Origin: a virus
Taxonomy: Duplodnaviria > Caudoviricetes
IMG/VR virus record: IMGVR_UViG_3300027156_000035
Location: 1 to 28,003 of that record
Strand: one strand, 5' to 3'
Length of the DNA stretch: 28,003 nucleotides
Position numbers and translations under genes: made by a program. The notes under the pieces were generated by a model that was not told the DNA's origin, ran no database searches, and saw only the letters and a list, made by a program, of their open reading frames with translations. Below are positions 25,709 to 28,003 of the stretch, piece by piece. Within the stretch, counting starts at the first letter, position 1. Each line of letters starts with the position of its first letter.

Positions 25709-26357
25709 AAATCTTGGCTTTTCTCCAGAGGATCGTATAGAACACGCCAAAAGAATGGGTGTTTTATGTGACATTGTGACTCGCTCTGGTCAATATGCAA
25801 TTGCGGATTTTATTTGCCCCACACCAGAAGCTAGAGAAGCTTTTGGGCTAGAGAATACATTTGTTGTGTTTGTAAACAGAAAGCCAATTAGAGACTTTGC
25901 TGACACGACCAAAATGTTTGTGGCTCCAAACAAAACCCATGTTGTGGTAACTGACGATGGATCGCCGCTTTATTGGGCAACCAAAATCAAACAATTATTA
26001 ATTCCAACGTTTAACAGCAAAGCGCCAACTGCTTTTATGTTAGGGAGATATCAGCCATTTCACGATGGTCATAAAAAATTAATCATTGAAGGAATCAATA
26101 GAGTTGGGCAAGTTTGCATTGCGATCCGAGATACCCAAGGAATTGACGAGAAGAATCCCTTTAATTTTGAGCAAGTTGAGCAGAATATTCGCGCGGCTAT
26201 GCACGAATACGATGGCAAATACTCAATTGTTAGAGTGCCAAACATAACTAATATCTTTTACGGTAGAGACGTAGGGTATAAGATAGAAGAGATTGTGCTT
26301 GATGAAAGTACTCAAAATATATCAGCAACTAAGATAAGGTCAGAAATTTTAAAATAA
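25587..26357 (+). CDS. Adenylylsulfate-kinase-like P-loop kinase fused to an HxGH nucleotidyltransferase (256 aa)
   Basis: GLPGAGKTT, NADEIRK...LGFSPEDR, ADFICP; then LGRYQPFHDGH, NPF and ISATKIR. Confidence 0.88.
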   Translation: MKKILVMGLPGAGKTTLSTELAKLLNAVHFNADEIRKEINKNLGFSPEDRIEHAKRMGVLCDIVTRSGQYAIADFICPTPEAREAFGLENTFVVFVNRKPIRDFADTTKMFVAPNKTHVVVTDDGSPLYWATKIKQLLIPTFNSKAPTAFMLGRYQPFHDGHKKLIIEGINRVGQVCIAIRDTQGIDEKNPFNFEQVEQNIRAAMHEYDGKYSIVRVPNITNIFYGRDVGYKIEEIVLDESTQNISATKIRSEILK

Positions 26358-26361
26358 AAAA

Positions 26362-26463
26362 ATGAAACTAGATACTAAAAGTGAACGTTTACAGTTTGCA
26401 CTAATGATCTTAGCAATCATTGCGGATGTTGCATTAATAATTAATATCATTCACCATTGGTAA
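26362..26463 (+). CDS. Small membrane peptide (33 aa, MKLDTKSERLQFALMILAIIADVALIINIIHHW)
   Basis: ATG 4 nt after the upstream stop; a single hydrophobic helix; below the ORF-track size cutoff. Confidence 0.6.
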   Translation: MKLDTKSERLQFALMILAIIADVALIINIIHHW

Positions 26464-26559
26464 AATAACCTCCCCCGGTTTCCCGGTTCTCTCAACCAAA
26501 GAGAATTGGGGAATTTTCCCCATTTTCTATAAATGGGGGTGGGGGGTGTAAATACCACT

Positions 26560-26652
26560 GTGAAGAATAATAACGATCTAGAAACAGATTGGTTAATTAT
26601 TTTTCTTATACTGTGCCTTACTTTAGCTTTCCTTGCTATAGCCAAGAAGTAA
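26560..26652 (+). CDS. Small membrane peptide (30 aa, MKNNNDLETDWLIIFLILCLTLAFLAIAKK)
   Basis: GTG start exactly 8 nt after GTGTAA (26546-26551); a TM helix followed by KK. Confidence 0.5.
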   Translation: MKNNNDLETDWLIIFLILCLTLAFLAIAKK

Positions 26653-26823
26653 CGTCTCATACATTGCGCATTAACCCCCGATATTGTTCTATATATAGCA
26701 CTTCTCTGTGCATTATTAAGACAAGATCGAATAATTATTAAGATATATAAGAATAAAGAGAGAGAAGAAGCATTTTAGGATAGGGAAAATTGAAGTAGAG
26801 CGGATTAAATACCACCCCCCCCG

Positions 26824-26883
26824 CGCGCCCGCAGGAAACGCGGGTCGCGTTTTTAAAAAATGGGGGAGGGTCTCGCGACCCTC
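26824..26883. terminator. Convergent pair of terminator-like hairpins sharing a T5A6 core
   Basis: Plus strand: CGCGCCCGC-AGGAAAC-GCGGG(T)CGCG then TTTTT. Minus strand: GAGGGTC-GCGA-GACCCTC then CCCCATTTTTT, just after the stop at 26889. Confidence 0.65.
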
Positions 26884-26888
26884 GCGCA

Positions 26889-27134
26889 TCACTTGCTCGG
26901 ATAGTGTCCGAACTTGTCCTTGAAAGTCCAGAGCGCATCGCCCCAGAAGTCTTCGTCATAAGAGAGCAACCAAGTGGTTGCTTTCTTTGCTCGCTTTGCA
27001 TCGCCGCCGCAATCGGCAAGGCGAATCGCGAACACGTTTGCAGCGACTTGCTGCGAAAATTCCGCATCGGTTGATTGGGCGTTAAGGCCCGCAATCACTT
27101 GGTTCCAGAAGTTGTTTTCTTTGTTGTTTTTCAT
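26889..27134 (-). CDS. Hypothetical protein (81 aa, MKNNKENNFWNQ...), probably leaderless
   Basis: The ATG at 27134 lies 6 nt downstream of a -10 box; the track's longer start at 27158 falls inside the promoter. Confidence 0.7.
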   Translation of the reverse strand: MKNNKENNFWNQVIAGLNAQSTDAEFSQQVAANVFAIRLADCGGDAKRAKKATTWLLSYDEDFWGDALWTFKDKFGHYPSK

Positions 27135-27140
27135 GCTGCT

Positions 27141-27185
27141 AAGATAGCACACGCGCACCGCATTGCAAGGAATTTTTTATCTTTT
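27141..27185 (-). promoter_or_regulatory. Sigma70-type promoter with extended -10 and A-rich UP element
   Basis: A-rich tract, TTGCAA (27163-27168), 16-nt spacer ending TGC, TATCTT (27141-27146). Confidence 0.7.
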
Positions 27186-27253
27186 CTTTCGCCCTTGCGT
27201 AAGTAACGCAATGGCAAGGATTAAGAAAAAAACTAGAGGGAAAAGCTCGGCGG

Positions 27254-27952
27254 TCATAGGGTTGCCACCACCACAAACCCCGTTGCATCTTTTTTGCCTG
27301 CACCCTTTGCCTTGAGGCCAACCACCACGTTGCGCTTGTCAAGGAAACGCAAGTCACTTTCGTCACCGTTCACCACAGGAAACCCTTGCCACGTTGGGGG
27401 AAGGTAGTTCGCGAACACTACCGCAACGTTTCCACCTGCGCGCAATACGTCAACGGCTTGCGCTTCGTTGCTTTCGCTGCGCGAGAAAGTCAAATGGTAG
27501 TTCGAAGGCATTGCGCCCTTAGCAAATTGCAAAGCACGAATAGGTGACTTCGAATAGTCATAGAACTGCACAGAGGGAAACGCAGCGAACACGCCCAGCC
27601 GCTCCCATGCAATGTCACTTGTTCCGTTCAAGCGAACACAAGCCTTCATTCCCTGCTTTTCACAGTTTGCAACGAATGCGCGAATGTCAGCGAAGAGAAG
27701 AGCCTTGAAGGTAGCGAAGTCATCGAAAAATAATTGTGTGCGCCGAATGCGCGCTTGCTGCACGTTGCTCATCTTGCCACGCCCAGCCGTGTAAAGGCAC
27801 GCGAGGGTGCATCCGACAGAGCGATGCGTGCAAACCTCGCCACGCCCAGCTTGGCGCGCTGGCGCAAGGTACAGAATCGCCGTGAGCCATCCGAAAGCCT
27901 CGCCCTTGCTAGTCTTAGCGTCCGCGCCAACCGATAGGAGATTTAATTTCAT
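27254..27952 (-). CDS. Gp88-like phage protein (Cys-motif, radical-SAM-like) (232 aa)
   Basis: ILYLAPA, C-x6-C-x3-C (CTHRSVGCTLAC), AGRG, VRLNGTSDI.W, FYDYSK, NYHLTFSRSE, NGDESDLRFLD, VVGLKAKG. Confidence 0.75.
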   Translation of the reverse strand: MKLNLLSVGADAKTSKGEAFGWLTAILYLAPARQAGRGEVCTHRSVGCTLACLYTAGRGKMSNVQQARIRRTQLFFDDFATFKALLFADIRAFVANCEKQGMKACVRLNGTSDIAWERLGVFAAFPSVQFYDYSKSPIRALQFAKGAMPSNYHLTFSRSESNEAQAVDVLRAGGNVAVVFANYLPPTWQGFPVVNGDESDLRFLDKRNVVVGLKAKGAGKKDATGFVVVATL

Positions 27953-27958
27953 GCGAAT

Positions 27959-27967
27959 ACCTTAGCA
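27959..27967 (-). promoter_or_regulatory. Extended -10 promoter element (TGCTAAGGT), leaderless spacing
   Basis: 6 nt upstream of the ATG at 27952, the same geometry as at 27141; no clear -35 is visible. Confidence 0.55.
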
Positions 27968-28003
27968 CGCCCACGCAAAAAAAAAAGAAAAAAAAAAAGC
28001 ATA

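Noticed and set aside
26535-26547. G-quadruplex at GGGGGTGGGGGG
   Set aside because: Only two adjacent long G-runs; pairing with nearby C-runs explains them better.
26451-27937. ORFs 26451-26660(-), 26738-27094(-), 27139-27366(-), 27612-27794(+) and 27734-27937(+)
   Set aside because: They cross hairpins, promoters or better-supported genes and do not look like real proteins.
27977-27998. Poly-A tract at the window end
   Set aside because: It is truncated by the window edge and homopolymer length is error-prone, so no function can be assigned.
1-28003. tRNA or rRNA genes, integrase, transposase
   Set aside because: None was recognised by eye; the intergenic gaps are short, and the 26468-26547 structure lacks tRNA D- and T-loop consensus.

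Overview
This window looks like part of a large, AT-rich tailed-phage genome (Caudoviricetes) with three blocks. (1) 1-20466, minus strand, a late/morphogenesis module. In transcription order it encodes a mini-MscS-like membrane protein, a probable tail-type structural protein, PhoH, a zinc-ribbon protein, a Cys-insert sigma factor, a TerS candidate, a C2H2 zinc finger-ERCC4 nuclease, TerL, an AT-rich inserted gene, portal, protease/scaffold, decoration protein, major capsid, head-completion proteins and fibre proteins. It ends in a >1150 aa fibre gene that the ORF track missed because it runs off the window; this gene carries about 760 aa of essentially proline-free G-[T/S/A]-[S/N/T] tripeptide repeats. 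(2) 20533-26652, plus strand, an accessory block behind a sigma70-type promoter: metallophosphoesterase, AbrB-like protein, cupin, NodU/CmcH carbamoyltransferase, FCP1-like HAD phosphatase, an APS-kinase-like/nucleotidyltransferase fusion and small membrane peptides. (3) After an abrupt GC shift and a double-hairpin junction near 26810-26890, GC-richer minus-strand genes (including a Gp88-like protein) sit behind extended -10 promoters and appear leaderless. The main unannotated signals are a recurrent (G/C/A)TGTAA late-promoter-like motif (exactly 8 nt before the start codon in three cases), a nested scaffold gene, and a possible virion glycosylation system. All product calls come from motif recognition by eye; no searches were run.
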